This document shows positions 25,401-40,700 of a stretch of DNA of 64,000 bases, in pieces (positions within the stretch are counted from its first letter, which is position 1; every line of letters starts with the position of its first letter). The stretch comes from Chrysomallon squamiferum. Its lineage: Eukaryota > Animalia > Mollusca. The position numbers were made by a program, and so were the translations under genes. The stretch covers positions 16,864,001 to 16,928,000 of the forward strand of contig CM022675.1 in NCBI GenBank assembly GCA_012295275.1, written 5' to 3'. Below the pieces are notes generated by a model. The model worked only from the letters and a program-made list of their open reading frames with translations. It made no database searches and was not told the DNA's origin.

Positions 25401-28400
25401 GGTGAATGAGGGAATTAACCAACTTATGAAAGGATACTATTATACTCTGAAAGCAATAGAATTTAACAGAGGAGGCAAAAACTCTGAGAGACATCTTCTT
25501 TCCTTGCTTGTCACCATCTGTATTACCACTGAATATCTGGCATTTGTGCCTTTCAAGGTGTAGGTTATTTATTATTTATTGCACATTTTAGGATTCTTAC
25601 ATTTTTTAAAAGACATTAAATGTGACATGCAAGACAAATGTGGAGATATTAGTCTAATTATTTCATGAAAATGTATAATGTGCAAAAACGATAAACAAAA
25701 CTGTACTGTAGTTTGTAATGAGTTGAATAAATGATATGGTACAATATAGAACTTTGATGTTGTAGTGCGAACAATAATGGGATTTATTAAGTTTCTAGAG
25801 TGAAATTTTATTTTAATATATTTTTCCAGAATTATTTCTTATTTGAACTTGCTTTTCATACATTTCACACTACCTTTTTCTGATGTGATTTGAATTAATT
25901 GCATACAACATTGCTCTGGTGCTTTTTGTGTATGTTTTAATGTCTCCATTGCTATCATGTATTTTGGTGTTATATTTTATTGTTAGGTTTATTTTTATGT
26001 ATAATTCTTTCTAATCATAATTATTATTATTTTTTTTTATCTAGGCACTGCATCCATTACTTGAAGATGGATGCCATGGGAATGAAACACCAGAACCATA
26101 CAAAAAGGTTATACAATTTAGAAAGAACAGTTTTTTGTTTCCAATTAATTATATTTTATTCAAAGTTTGCTGAAATGTTTATTTTTATTTTATTAGTTAC
26201 AATCATTTATAAATGAACTGAATATTTATTTTAAAATATCTTGATTAGTTTTATTGTTATTGGATTTTAAATGTTGTATCTTAAATTTTAAATTTTAAAT
26301 TTTGTGTAATGATAATGTGAGAGAGGAAATGCATTCCCACCATTCCACACAGGGAAGATATTCTTATCAGCAAAAGATGTTTGATAAACATTTATTATAA
26401 CCTTTCACAAATCAGTCACTGGGTCCTGCTGGCAACAGAAAATAGACACATGGTTGCATTAAGCCCAGTAATAACCTGTTATCTGACAACAGGTTATATC
26501 AAATACAGTGGTACATTGACTTACGAGTTTAATTTGTTCCATGACTGAGCATATATCTCAATTTGCTCATATATCAAATCAATTTTCCTAAAATGAAATA
26601 AATTAAAATTCCATTAATCTGTTCCAGACCCCCCCAAAAAACACCCTAATTTCTTAAATAAGAAACATGTATTTATAAATGACAAACATTGTATAAAAAA
26701 CAAAATAAAAGAGAATGTAAAGAAATAAAAAGGTTTTGTAAAGTGTATTTATCTTGGAGATCACACACATTATTTTAACGCCTTTGGCTGGAGTTACAGC
26801 CTTTATCGACTTCAGTAGAAGTACTATGCTCGTTCTGCCTAGCCACGTTGACTATATCATTTATGGATAATATGCATACCTTGCTCATGTTTTTCTATGA
26901 TTTCATGCTTTAATTCAATGGACATCAACCACTTTTTCTTCTCAGCACTGTCCTTTGCACTCACTTTATTAGGCTCCATGGTCAGAAAATAAAAGACCAA
27001 AAATTTGCAAAATACTGTACAAAACACAAGCACAACACAACAGAGATGCTTCCACAGCCAGGAAACCATGTGAAGTAAACAAGTGAGACATGGGATGCTG
27101 GGCAGATGTTGTGTTGTTTGTTGCATCAACTTGTGTCATATCTGAAGCTCGCTTGTAACTCAGATTTTGGCTTACAACTCAAAGCAAAAAATCATCTGGG
27201 CAACTGCTCGTAACTCTGAAAACTTGTAAGTTGGTGCACTTGTAAGTCATGGTATTTCTGTATTATGTTAAAGTACTGACAATTATACTTTTCAGCCAAA
27301 ATTAGCAATTTATTACTAGTTTCTGTAATGTGCATCCCTTTCTCAGAATACATAAAAAAAGAATGAAATTTACTGGTATATGAAAGGATATAATTTAACT
27401 CAAGTGATATTGTTTTAAGAGGTTTTTAAAACTCAACTTGAAGTACAAGTCTGAACTACATCCAGAAAATTTCATCTCAATGACTGGATTTAAAATGTAT
27501 TTATATGCATATGGATTCATTCCTTCTCTATTTATACTTACACTGTTTATGCCTGTGTGATAACTGTATCCTGTTATAGTTAGCCAGAAACAGCACAAAA
27601 ATTATGTTGATGAAAATACAAAGCTATGTATTTTTTTCAAATCGCATTATACAAATTTGTCTTATAGATTTTATATAAAATGGAATTATATGATTGATGA
27701 TCTTAATATTTTTGCAACAGTCTGCAAATAAACTTTTTTGTATTCTGAATAAACAAAAAGATTATTCAAGCTTTACTTAAGAATATAGTAATATTTGATT
27801 TAATAGGTTGCTTTTATTGGGATTTCAAATTGGGCTCTTGATCCAGCCAAAATGAACAGAGGAATTCTTGTCCAGAGAGAGGTTCCTGATGAGATAGAAC
27901 TTATTGAGACTGCAAGGTATGTGTATTCAGTAAAGTCAAAGGAGAAAATATAATGGTTATCTGCTAAAATACATTGAAACAAGTAACAATACACTTTTAA
28001 AAAAATGGTAATAGATAATAATAATAAAAAAATAGTTCATATCAAATTATTAATTTGTTACAGTAATTTTTCATTTTGTTTTGTAAATTTATTTGTATAT
28101 CTTATTAATTTTGTATTTGTTCTCTTATGGCAGAGGAATATGTTCAAGCAATGAGAAAGTTTATCTGAAGATAAAGTTATTTTTGCAAGAACTGGGTAAT
28201 GGATACACAGCAGTGTTTGGAAAAGCACTTGAGATGCGAGAATTCTATGGTCTAAGAGATTTTTATAGGTATGTTAATGACAGAAGGGAAAAAAGGCATA
28301 CTTCAATGAACTGGACTAAACTAATCTCACGAAAATTATTTTCTGTTAATAAGAAGTTTTCTGAAAATGTTTTAATTAAGCTTTGAATGATTATTGCATA

Positions 28401-31400
28401 ATTATGTATATGTTGATGGCAAAAAAAGAAAGAAAACAATTGTTCTAAACAGATGGAAAGTGGTCAACTTCTTATTTGTTAAAATGCATAGTATTCCTTT
28501 TTCGGTTCTGTGCCACTGTTGTTTTCAGTTTTTGAATAAAGTTTATTATTTTTGGTTTGGTAATCAAATTTTAAAATTCACTAGCAGTAACTTCAGTACA
28601 GTCTTCTAAAAGAACATGGTAAACAGCGCTTATCTAAAGTAATGTATGTAAAAGACTAGATATTTCTTTGCTTTAAGTGAGTATAAATTGTGCTTACATT
28701 TCAGCTTAGTGAAGATGGTGTATGCATTTGCAGCAAATCAGCATCGACCTCTTTGTCAGCATCAGATAGAACATGCAGTTCTTCGAAACTTTGGAGGTCT
28801 GGACACTGTGGATCCAGTAGAAATCTTTATGGAGAAGATTACTGGTTTGGCGACATCTGAAGAAGTTAGCCTTCAGTAACGAATATTAATAATCAGCTGG
28901 CCATAAGAGCAAGCTGCTGATAATCAAAAACTTTAAACAGTTTTTGAAAGTAAATCCAAAAATAAGTTTAAAAAAATTATAAATACAGTTTAAATACATA
29001 ATGTATTTTAATACAAGTTCATGAGTAAGCTACCTACAGTTTTGCAAAACAATTAAAAAAAAAAAAATTATTTAAAAACAGAACAACAACAAATAAGTGC
29101 ATTTTTCTATTGACCTAAAATGGTTTTAAGTAGATTAAAATATTATTTTTCTGTTTATCCATCTAATTGTTTATTTTTGACAGCTACATGAAGGAGACCC
29201 TGACAACACATCCTTAGGTCTCATCAAAGAAGCCTTATTTGGTGATGGTACTGGCAGGTTAGAACACATTAAACTTAAAAATCAAAGTGTTATACACTAA
29301 GTATATTTATGTCAGGATGTATAAAATAGTAACTTTATGTTTGTAATTGTATGTTTGTATGCTTGGTATTTTGATCATGCAAAGAGATTGTGTGTGTGTG
29401 AAACAAACCATACAAAACAAAATTATTATAATTTCTTTTTGTTTCAGTTAATATTAGTAACTAAACTGGATTTGATATTTTTTTTTTTTTTTTTTTTTTT
29501 TTCCAGTGAAAGTCGATATCTTCTGCTTCTGGTTGAAAACTACAGTGCCCTTGACATCATTCAAAGATGCTTTCCCTTCACAGAGTAACCACAATTTTTG
29601 GAAGCAATTTTCCAAAAGACCAGGAATATACAAAGGTTGTTTTCTTTGCTTTATTTATTTTTCAATTTAAGAAGATTTTAAATGAAGAACATAAATGTAA
29701 ACTGATCAGGGACATGTTGTTGCAAAATGAGATATTTTAAATTCTGATTTTGTAGTGTAATGGTTTTAAACTGTTGTACTTTATTTTCAGCTGATATCTT
29801 CCATAGATCATTTCAAAAAGATTTCATATTTGAAATACCTAGATTATGTCCCATATTACACAGATTTACTAAAATCTGTATTTTCATAAAAATGGACCTT
29901 GATTGTTTTATCTTATCAAATATGGCTTATAAAACATTGGATTTATTAAATAATTTATAGATATGTTATTTTTTTTACATTTAGATAAGAAATCATGGTC
30001 AGATGTAAATCTTTTCAGTTCTGTTTATCAGAAAAACACAATTGTGAGTTGAGCTCATGTAACAATTATTGGTCATTTTTGTTGCACAGGTTTTAATTAT
30101 GTTTACTTAAATTACATATTTTAGTTCATAAAATAATTTGTAACAAACATTTTATGTGATATATTATTTTTTATAACATTTTATCATCTTGTATATTTTT
30201 TATTTTAACTTTCTACAGATTTGCCGAAACATTAATCGGATCAAAGTGTGCATGGAAACTGGAAATGTTGTGATACTACTGAATCTTGAAAACCTGTATG
30301 AGAGTTTATATGATGCTCTAAACCAGGTAAGAAGCTTCAACATCTTTTTGGATTTTTTTTGCAGGTAACCTTCAGTTATGCAAATGAATAGTCTATATAT
30401 AAATTGTTTTATGTTTTTTCAGTAATTAAAAATATCTGGATGCCACCATACATCTCAAATTATGTTGTCATTATTTGTACAGCAGATTTTTTTGTCTAAA
30501 GTTTTCTTTAGTGTGATCAGAAAGTATAGAGCTATCAGAGCATGCACTGTATGCCACAGCTCCAGTCATATGTTCCATTACAGCACTATTTAGTTATCAT
30601 ACTTTATATCTATAATAGGTAACTAAAAACAATAAGATGGTAGCCCGGCATTTTAAACATTTGTGGTGGGCGTTGAGATTTTGTTTTTATAAACCAATTC
30701 AGGTACATCATAAATAACCAGTATTTCCAACAAATTATGTGAAACTGAAAACTAATTTATTTTTTTTAATTTAATATTTTACCTGTCAGTAAAGCTTAGA
30801 TTGATTTTTTTTTTTAAAAGACATTTTTTCAATTCAGGTGAAATCTTTTTCCTTTCTTTTTCAAATCTGTTTTGCATTAATAAAAACAGTACTACTCGTG
30901 GCTTGGTGGAGAACGTTTTGTGGATCTGGGTCTGGGCACCCACCGAGTCAAGTGTCGAGTGCATCAAGATTTCAGGTAAAATATTGATCTGTGTGTCATT
31001 AGACAGTCTGATATGTTTCTCATTTTAAACATTATTCAAATATTTATTTTTTCAGACAATTTTTGCGGTTTAGATATTACAAACAAATGAGTGGGTTACT
31101 ATTGAAGAAAATAGAATAAAAAAGATGTCTCTTTAATTAAAACTGGAATGTTACTAAGTAATGGTATTTATATAGTAATATATTTGAATTCTTTTGTTAT
31201 GATATATTTGACTAATTTGAATAAAATATTATTACAGATCATTAAAAAAAAAAAAAAAAATTACTTGATGATCTCTTTGATGTTATAAGATTAAAACATT
31301 AATTGAGTACTAATTATTAATAAATTTCAGACTGATTGTTGTGGCCAACAAGCAGGTTGTCTATGACAGATTTCCTATTCCACTGATCAATCGTCTTGAG

Positions 31401-31621
31401 AAACATTTCCTAAGAATGGATAGCATAATGACTGAAGCCCAGTTCAAATTTGCTGATGAACTTAGTGCCTGGGCACAGAAATTTGTGACAATAATGGATT
31501 ATCGGTACAAAGATGTTGAAATTGCAGTTGAGAAAATCAACTGTTAAATAATCTTATGCAATATTCATATCTTATTATTTCACATATTAGACTGAATTTG
31601 TTTGCAATTAAGCAATTTCTT

Positions 31622-31712
<91 letters not shown>

Positions 31713-34700
31713 CAAGGAATATTTCTGTTATGTTAGTACTATTTTATAAAGTTGTTTATTATGTACTTACAGATGACTAATTAGCTTTTATGTTTAATAT
31801 GTTGTATGTTTTATTCTTCATCTTTTTCATTTTTAAATAATGTAACAAAAATATTTTGTCCAGAACAAATTTAGTTGATACTGTAGTTCATTTCTTCACA
31901 GTATAAATCTTTTTCTTTCTAAGGTCAAACACTGTTGCAGAATCTTTCATGGGTTACCATTCAGACACATCATCATCCATTGTCTTAAACCTGTGGCCAG
32001 AAAAAGATGGTCACATTGATGATAATGTAAGAAAAACAGAAATATCACATTCATTGAAATTATTCACATGTCATTAACAATAAGAAAACAACATTATTTC
32101 ACATGTTCAGAGAAAGGGGCTTCAAATTAAGCAGATAGGAAAAACAGAAAACAAACTGTTTAACTGACATAACCATATGGTCCTTCTCTTAAAGTCTTTT
32201 CAGTGAAAATGTCCAATTTAAATTGAACCAATTATTTAAAAGCATGTTGACTGTCCATTGATAACATACAACTTGTTTGTTTTTTATTCTTAAGCAATAT
32301 ATGTTTAATTGATAAAATTTTACCATTACTCAAAAGTTAAAGAAATACTTGTAAACAAAACAAGCTTTTTCAAAATGGATTGGCTAAAGTTAATTTCATT
32401 TAAAGAAAATATCCATTTCAAATGTTGTTTTGGCATGTTTTTTGGTTAATAATTTTTATTAATAATGATTTTAGCAATTTAGTTATGTTCTGCTGAATAC
32501 TACCAAGAAATAAAGATGTTTAACTTAATTTTATTGAATTAGTATTTAAAGAAACTATTTTATAAAATATTTTTTTCTTTCTTACAATTTAATATTTCAG
32601 TTAAAATTTTTATCTTTAAACTGTAGTTAATAGGTACAGCTGGATATGTATATAAAATCTAAACTGAGTTCCAGATAACTCCAGTTTCAAAGTATTGTTT
32701 ACCGATTTATTCATAGATATAAATTTTTTGTGAATAACATCTAACATATATTGATTTTGATAGCAGTAAATTATAGATTTCTATTTGTATGGTAAAAAAA
32801 ATTAGGATGAAGTAAGCACCAAAATTTATACAATTCACAATTTGTCATTTAGGAATCACTTTATTAATTTTTTATCAACTGATTATGTACTTCAACATTC
32901 CTTGATGGATATAAAAAATTTCAACCCTTGAAATTAAAAATATCATGTACAATTCAAACTAATGTTTGTGAATCACTCTGTTTGAAGAAAGACTGTTTTG
33001 TTTCAACAATGATATGTGAATTTTAGCTAAATGTATGAATAAAATTTGGAGTAATAAATGGGTTTTTTAATTTTTTGCCCAGTTCTTGGAGGATTGTCAG
33101 AAGATGCTCTTATGGTGTGCTACTCCAGATGCTGTTCTTCGACTCAAAGAAACCAGACTGTTCAAGGAAGCAGAGAAAATGTTCAATATTTACTTTAAAG
33201 AACAGCTATGTGATGACATTTTCAAGTATATTACTTACAGATGTGAAAAGAGAAAGGCCAGCAATGTGTTTGCTCAGGTATATAAATATTGACCTTTTAT
33301 AAGGTGTAATAATACAGTTACGAGTTGAATTATTATTTTTATTTTTATTTTTTTTCAGTCCATATGCAATTTTAAGGAGTCCAAACATTTTGATACATTA
33401 ATTAAGAAATAAATCTCTTCTGATTTCAATTATGAGGCAGGTTTTTGCGCATTTTTTGATTGAATGTTTTAGTGAGATGCTGTGAATGTTAATGTTCACC
33501 AGTATCAAATCCACAATAATCTACTTCAGAAATGAAATCAAAATAGATTTATCTATATCTTATCATGATTAAAATGTGTTAAACCATAAAACTATTATTT
33601 GAAAGGAGTAGAGAAAAAAAAAGAGTGAATGGATATTTTGTTGGTGTGGATAATCTTGAAATACCAAACATGACTGATAATAAATTAATGTATACAAATA
33701 CTGAACATCTGTTTCTCAAGTTTCATTAATATAATATATATATATAGTTATGCACTATATATAAAACAAGTCAATTAATTTATCATTAGTAAAACAGACT
33801 TAGTGATTATATGATGTAATTTTTAAAAATGTTTTAAATCTTTCACAGGCTATTTTAGAGCGAAGCAATACATTTTGTGATATTATTGCTTCAGTCCAAA
33901 ATAACCATGACGTTTGAAAATTAAAAAAGTTATAATAATTAAATCTAAATATTGTAAGATACCAGTTAAAGTGTAAAGTTTTATTTGATAAAAAATAACA
34001 AATACCAATTTCTACTTTGATTAATAATTTTAATAAAAATAAATTTTTTGAGTTTCTAAATGTATGTGAACTGTCATTTTGTAAGCAGTGAACGATGTTT
34101 GTGTACCAATGTTGTGTTATAGTCAAACACAAAACATGATGTTATAGTCAAACACAAAACATGATGGGTTACGTATTTTTTTTTTTAATCTCCTTGAGAA
34201 CACTAAGCCAGATCACTAAACAAAACTAACAAAAATATAAAATAAGTATCACAAGTTCAGTTGTTTAAAATAAAAAATATACAATAATAATCGATTTATA
34301 ATTAACTTCATGTCCCATTTATGAAAAGGAATTATTATAGTCTTCATTCAAAATTTATGAGCAACATGCAAATGATGGGCTTTAGATACTTTTGTAACCC
34401 AGAAATAATTATACATAAAACAACCACACTATAATATACATAAAACAACCACACTATAATATACATAAAACAACCACACTATATATACATAAAACAACCA
34501 CACTATAATATACATAAAACAACCACACTATAATATACATAAAACAACCACACTATATTATACATAAAACAACCACACTATATGCCATTGCTGTGAGTCA
34601 GTGGTTTTTACTTAGTCATTCTGTAGTCTGCCGTATTTCTAAAAGAAATAAAATATTTAGGTTAGCTAAGAGACTGGTAATATAATGCACTTTAATGAAA

Positions 34701-37700
34701 GTAATACTTTTGGAAATAAAACACAGAGCATTTAGTTAATTATTTTAAACATGTGACAAATTCATAAACATATCTTTGTTATAAAATTTATATATACCAA
34801 ATTTTAATTATGAATTGTATGTATTATGAATTGTATATAGTCATACATTTATGTACAGAGAAGAAGGATAGTTTAATGAAAGACAATTAAGGTTTATATA
34901 ACTATGTTACCACCCACACGAACACTGGTGACTGGTATAAATTGCTGCATGGATATTTTGATCCCAAAGAAAAAAGATGTGGTTAAAAATATAGAGTTTT
35001 TCCACACATGGAGAAACCTTATTACATCATTGTATATTACTTCTAAATTAACTAATTAGCCAGTCTGAATCAAGTATGTTCCCCATGTCATAACAAAGTA
35101 GAATTATAAAGCGGTGCATGTGAATATTTTTATTGTATGAAACAGGTTGAGGTCATGTTTAGGAGAAAGTGATAATCTAAATCCATGCGACTTTCATGTA
35201 ATCAAGAACTAGTTACTACTATCTAATCCTTGGTTTATTTGGTGGGGGTCTCTTGGGTTTTTTCTTGAGTGCATTGTCAAATTGGTGAAAAGAATATTGT
35301 CAGCAGGCCATGTATGTACTGGTATTCACTGATCATGTCTGGTAAAATAACTTATTTAGTCTGCAGATTGTATAGATAGCTTTCCCCTCATCTAATCCAT
35401 CTACCGGTAACAAAGCTTAATAAATATTTATTTTATTATTTAGATTACAACCCATTCAAAGCTTTTACTAGATCAAGACAAAGATGAAATGAGGTCTTTC
35501 CTTCATTTGACAGAGAACAACATAATTCTTCTGACTCTGCAGTTATTTGACACTGAACAGCAGTTCCGTCAACAGATACGGTAAAAAGCATTGTTTATAG
35601 GATGTAATGCTGCATGACATACAAAAGTAATATTGTTTATAGGATGTAATGCTGCATGACATGCAAAAGTAATATTGTTTATAGGATTTCAAACATGTAA
35701 CATTATTTATAGCATGTAAAATGTAACGTTGTTTATAGAATAGACCAGGACACTTATAATTTCTTTTTCTGGAAATATAAGATTTAAATATTTATGAGTC
35801 AGAACTAAAAATGTATTTCAATGGGTTTTTTTTGATTTTTAAAAAAAAAGAAACTTTGTTGAGAAGTCAACTGCTGGACTAAAACTGTTGATGGTACAGT
35901 GTGGATCTGGAGATAATAACATGAGTTTGATCAAGAGTGCCCAGTACTGTGTTGAAGATGAATTGCCTCATGGTGTTAGAGACTTTGTTGTGTTTTCCAT
36001 TGTCCAGCTGCCCAGAGTGGCAGGTGGCTGCTTTACAGGATTCATGGTATAGTCTTAAAATATTTAAAAAAAAATTAAGATGTATTTATTAATATTTTGA
36101 ATAATTATTTATTTCAATTTGTAATGTATTTATTTCAAATGAAATTACATTTTTTCTTTAAATATTCAAGAGATTTTATTAAAATTAAAAGTGATTTTTG
36201 TTTCATTTTGTATTGCTATATTTATTGTGTTTATATTAAATGCTTACTAAGAAATCAGTGCATTATAATGTTTATATTTTGTTAAGAATAAATAGAAACA
36301 TAAATATTTATGATTAACTGTAATGATAACAGTGACTTTCACTGAGGTTCATAATGCCATGTTGATGAAAGTGTAATTTTGTTTATTTATATTCCAGGCA
36401 GGAAAGTGGCATTCTCTTCACATTGATGAGCTGCGACCTGCAGGAAATCTTCCATCAGTTCATCAACTACACAAAAACAGTCCAGCCTGTGTGCTACAAG
36501 AAACCAAGCTAGAGCCATACTTCAAAGATTTGGTTTTAAGATGTCTTCCATCAGCTGCAGCACTGGTCAAAGATGATGCAGAAGACTCAAGACGTTCTAC
36601 CAAAAGAATAGAAATTTTGTTGCATTCTTTACAAGAGGAAGACTCACAAAGTTTGTTGTTTCCTTCTTACTTTTTATTTTCATTTTTTGTTCAGTCAAAA
36701 AAGATTATTACAAGATATATAATTATTTGCTAGTGATTCTCCTCTCATTATTATTACTATTTTAGATGAAGAGTCATCTTTTTGGATTGGCTTAAGCAAC
36801 ATGATAATTCAACTGTTGAAAGAAAAAGAAGATGATATAAGTGGCAATATGGCTGCTGGTTGGCTTTCTAAGGAAGCAGCTAAGCCAGATAATGTGAAAA
36901 AAGCAGGAACATTCAGGTTAATTTCAATGATTATTATAAGCTTTTTTACTCTTTTGACTGAAATTATTTGTAGGTCAAACATAAGGAATAATTTCATTAT
37001 AAATGATTTTGTTGCTCTGTTATAAAAACAAGCAAAACTTAATACAGTTTTTATTTCATTTATTTATAATGTGCATGTTTCTTAACCTGTACCAGATGAA
37101 CCCTGTATTTAAAGATTCATTAAAGTTTATTAAGAAGAAAAAACAAAACAAAAAACAACAAAAAACAAAAAAACATACCTTTATAATATCATAGTTTTAA
37201 TAAAAATCAGTGAAATTTAAGAAACAGAACTAGCAAGATTGTTCAGTTAGTGGCAGTTTAGGTTATTCATTTCAAAAAAAAATGTTGATCTCTTTGTAAG
37301 TGGCATGAGTAAAGTTAATTTTTCATAAGAAAACCATGAATCTTTCACAACTTTATTCAAAGTGGAGTTATTAATATGGGTGTTTTGATTGCAAAAACTA
37401 TTATTTCTTGTTATTACATAGTTAGATTTTAAATATTTTGTTTGAATATTTAGGCAAAGCTGGATACATTGTCTCGAGAACAAGATAGTGAAAATGTTAT
37501 CTGCAATAATTGCTTTCCTTGATACAAACCGAAATTTGGATATCAAAGAAAATAAAACTCATGACCACTGGGCTCATATACTTTGGATGGAAATCTTTCA
37601 CAAACCTTCAGTTTATCAGCTGCATTACCAAGACTTATTATCACCAAAAACACATCAAGAACTTGATGAAATAATTCCACACAATACCACTGTGCATGGA

Positions 37701-40700
37701 AAGCCTTTCAGTACAGAGCTGCCATTTTCATGGTTACTCCAAAAGCATATTGAAAATGCCTTGGTTAATACTGAGCAAACTCATTATTTCCAAGAAGATG
37801 TTGCAAAAGGTTGGTTTAGATAAAAACCTTACACAAATAAAAATGTTATCTTCATTATCAAACTATCAAAATATTGCATAATATGATGTTATGTTTTCTT
37901 CCTTTTCTTTTAATGTTGAAAGATAAAAATACAATTGATTATTATAATAACTTGAAATAGAAAATGTTTATTCTTCCTTGCCATAAGATTACTGATCAAG
38001 TTACTTGAAACATTTTTATTGCAGAAGACCATGGTTCATTGGATGTTGTGGCTGGTCTCATTTGTAGAACACCCTATGGCAACCTTTTGCAGGAATTTTT
38101 AACAGAAAGAGAAGGTGCACAGATAGACATTATCAAAGCTTACGTTAAAGATTTTGTGCATACAAAATATGATTGCTCCAGTCAGTTTAATCTTGAGGTA
38201 TATAATTAAATTCTTTGTTAACATTTGTTTTGTATATGAAAAATATATGAATAATATAATGTCATAACATCTCTTCAGTTGATGATAGTTAATACATAAT
38301 CTGAGAGGATTCAAAATATAAATCTTAACATAATTTTATGCAGATTTCCTTGTTGATGTTAACATATTTTATTTAGATTTTGTGTGAAGCACTAGAAATA
38401 GCATCTCAACAAGCCAACATGGACATAACTAAACTGGATTTGATATCAGCTCTTGTTGCAGTCCATTACACTCACTTGCTTGTGATGGGCAGGCTGCAGG
38501 CTTTCCAAGACATTGAGAATGTTTGGCCTGATGTGTTGCTTGCAGTTGATAAACTTAGAAAAAACAAAGAACATGCACTTCTAAATACTGATGAAATGGT
38601 ATTCTTTTCTTTTCCTTATATACTGACATCTAGTACTGCATTGTGGATAAACTGTTTTAAATGAAAGAGAATATGGGTGACATTATCAGTTCTCATTGAA
38701 TTCTCTTCTGATATTTCATCAAAACAATCACTCTTTTCATTTGCTTTAATCACTATTATAAAAATGTACAGAACAGTCCTTAAACAAATGTTTATTCACA
38801 GAGATACTTTTTATATAAAGTGAATTGTTAGATGAAATGAAAGTTGTTATTCTTTGAAAAGTGTTATTTAGAGGCTTAAAAATATGCATTTAATTAAAGT
38901 AATACATATTTGTATTTTGATATTCACAAAATATTATATAATCTGTTTGTTTATTTTTCAGACACTGGATGTTTTAGGTCTAATGCTTCTGTTAGAGCAG
39001 CTTCATCCTAAGAATGAACAACTAAATAATGAGAAAGGAAGAAATGAATGGCTACAAAAGTTCAGGACTTTTTCACCAATAATTCAAAGAATTTTTGACA
39101 ACATTGACATCATGACACTTGTCCTTGGTGCTGTGTCCCAGACTTATGTGAAAAAAGCAAGGTAAAACACACATTTTAGTTAGAAACAAGAATTAATGAG
39201 AAAATACAAACATTTATTTTATTTTTATTATGCTTCACTCTATGGATTTGATATATCTGACTTACAATGGCAGGTTAAAAAAAAATTATATGCTAGTTAT
39301 TTATTTATTTATTTTGGTGTTTGAAATACTAGTGCTTGTATAAGATAATGATATGTGATAAGTTAAATTGTTTGTAAATAATGTAAGTAATAATATGAAT
39401 TTTTGTTATATTTATATTCTGATATTAAAGTATATTTAAAATGTATCCTTAAACCAGATCAAAGTTTAACTAAAACTACACTTAAACCTAATAATACTAT
39501 TTTCAAATTAATTTGTTTATAACAAATATAACATATAATTTGTGGGATAACAAAAATAATTAAAACTCATTGAGATAATAGTCTAAATATTCATCCTAAA
39601 ATATGTTAATAACCTCTCTGAATAACAAACGTATGTAGTAAATTATATTTCTCTTAATTAAAATATCTCTGACATTTTGGTGACATATGTATCCCTATTA
39701 AAGTAATTGGCAATTTCCTGCTTACATTTTTCATTGTTATTAATATTTTTCAGAGAACTAAAAAAATTCCACACTTTTTCTGTATTGTCAGTTTTAATGT
39801 TTAAAAAATGTGAATTTAGATGTTTTTAAATTACATACTACTTCAACCCTAGGCATGATTAAGAAACATTATGTTAACAAAAATAATGAAGAGAAAAATA
39901 TTTTTTAGAGCTTATAGCATTTTCAGAATAATGCTTACATCATATTTTTGAAATCTGATAGTGATATTACAGGTGTGGTGTAATGTCATAAGCTAATACT
40001 GATTACAAAGCACAAGACCAACATCATGGTAGATATTTAGTGAATGTGGAATTAGCAGACTCTATGTTTCAAAATTACTAAGATAAACATGCTGTTATGC
40101 AAGAAACATTACAAAAAACAGAACTTGCTAATTTTCATTGATTTGGGATTGACAGACCCAGATATACATTGGTGATATATCTAGTGATATCAAAACTTAG
40201 TAAAGTTACATACATTTAAATAATCAGTGTTGAAACATTTTGCAGATGCCTGTGGACTAAAGTGATAACCACAAAACTATTTTTGGAATGTTTCTCAGCC
40301 AAGGGTTCAGTGAAAATGTCAGAAAAGATGGTTACAAGATACATGCCTCTTTGGAAGGTAGGTTTCATTCATCAAGGTATTAGTATCTAAGTATTCTCAC
40401 TGCAGTTATATAATGGTTAAAGTGTACCTTTAGCAGTCTTATCAAAAGTTATTAGTTTATTATTTTGGATGACCTGAGAGAACCTTTTTTTAAAAATCAA
40501 ATACAGTATGGAATACAGCACATCGATTTATTCATTTGTAAACAAATAGCTTAGAATTTTAGTGCATGTGGCAAAGCCAAGAACAATTGAATAGGAGATG
40601 TAACTGTTGCTGCTTTTATATGGAAACAGAGATGTGTATGAAAAAAAAACCCTAGGCAATTGTGTGTATGTGACATTTTATAAAATAAAGAAGGCATTAA

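Noticed and set aside
26310-26490. Faint resemblance (GAGAGAGGAAA...CAGCAA...GAAAATAG) to a gastropod SINE-like repeat recalled from memory
   Set aside because: Too degenerate to call without a search; used only as a weak hint of a mollusc host.
29568-29588. Programmed -1 ribosomal frameshift as an explanation for the frame change
   Set aside because: TGC TTT CCC TTC is not an in-frame X XXY YYZ slippery heptamer, and no downstream stimulatory structure is evident; an indel is simpler.
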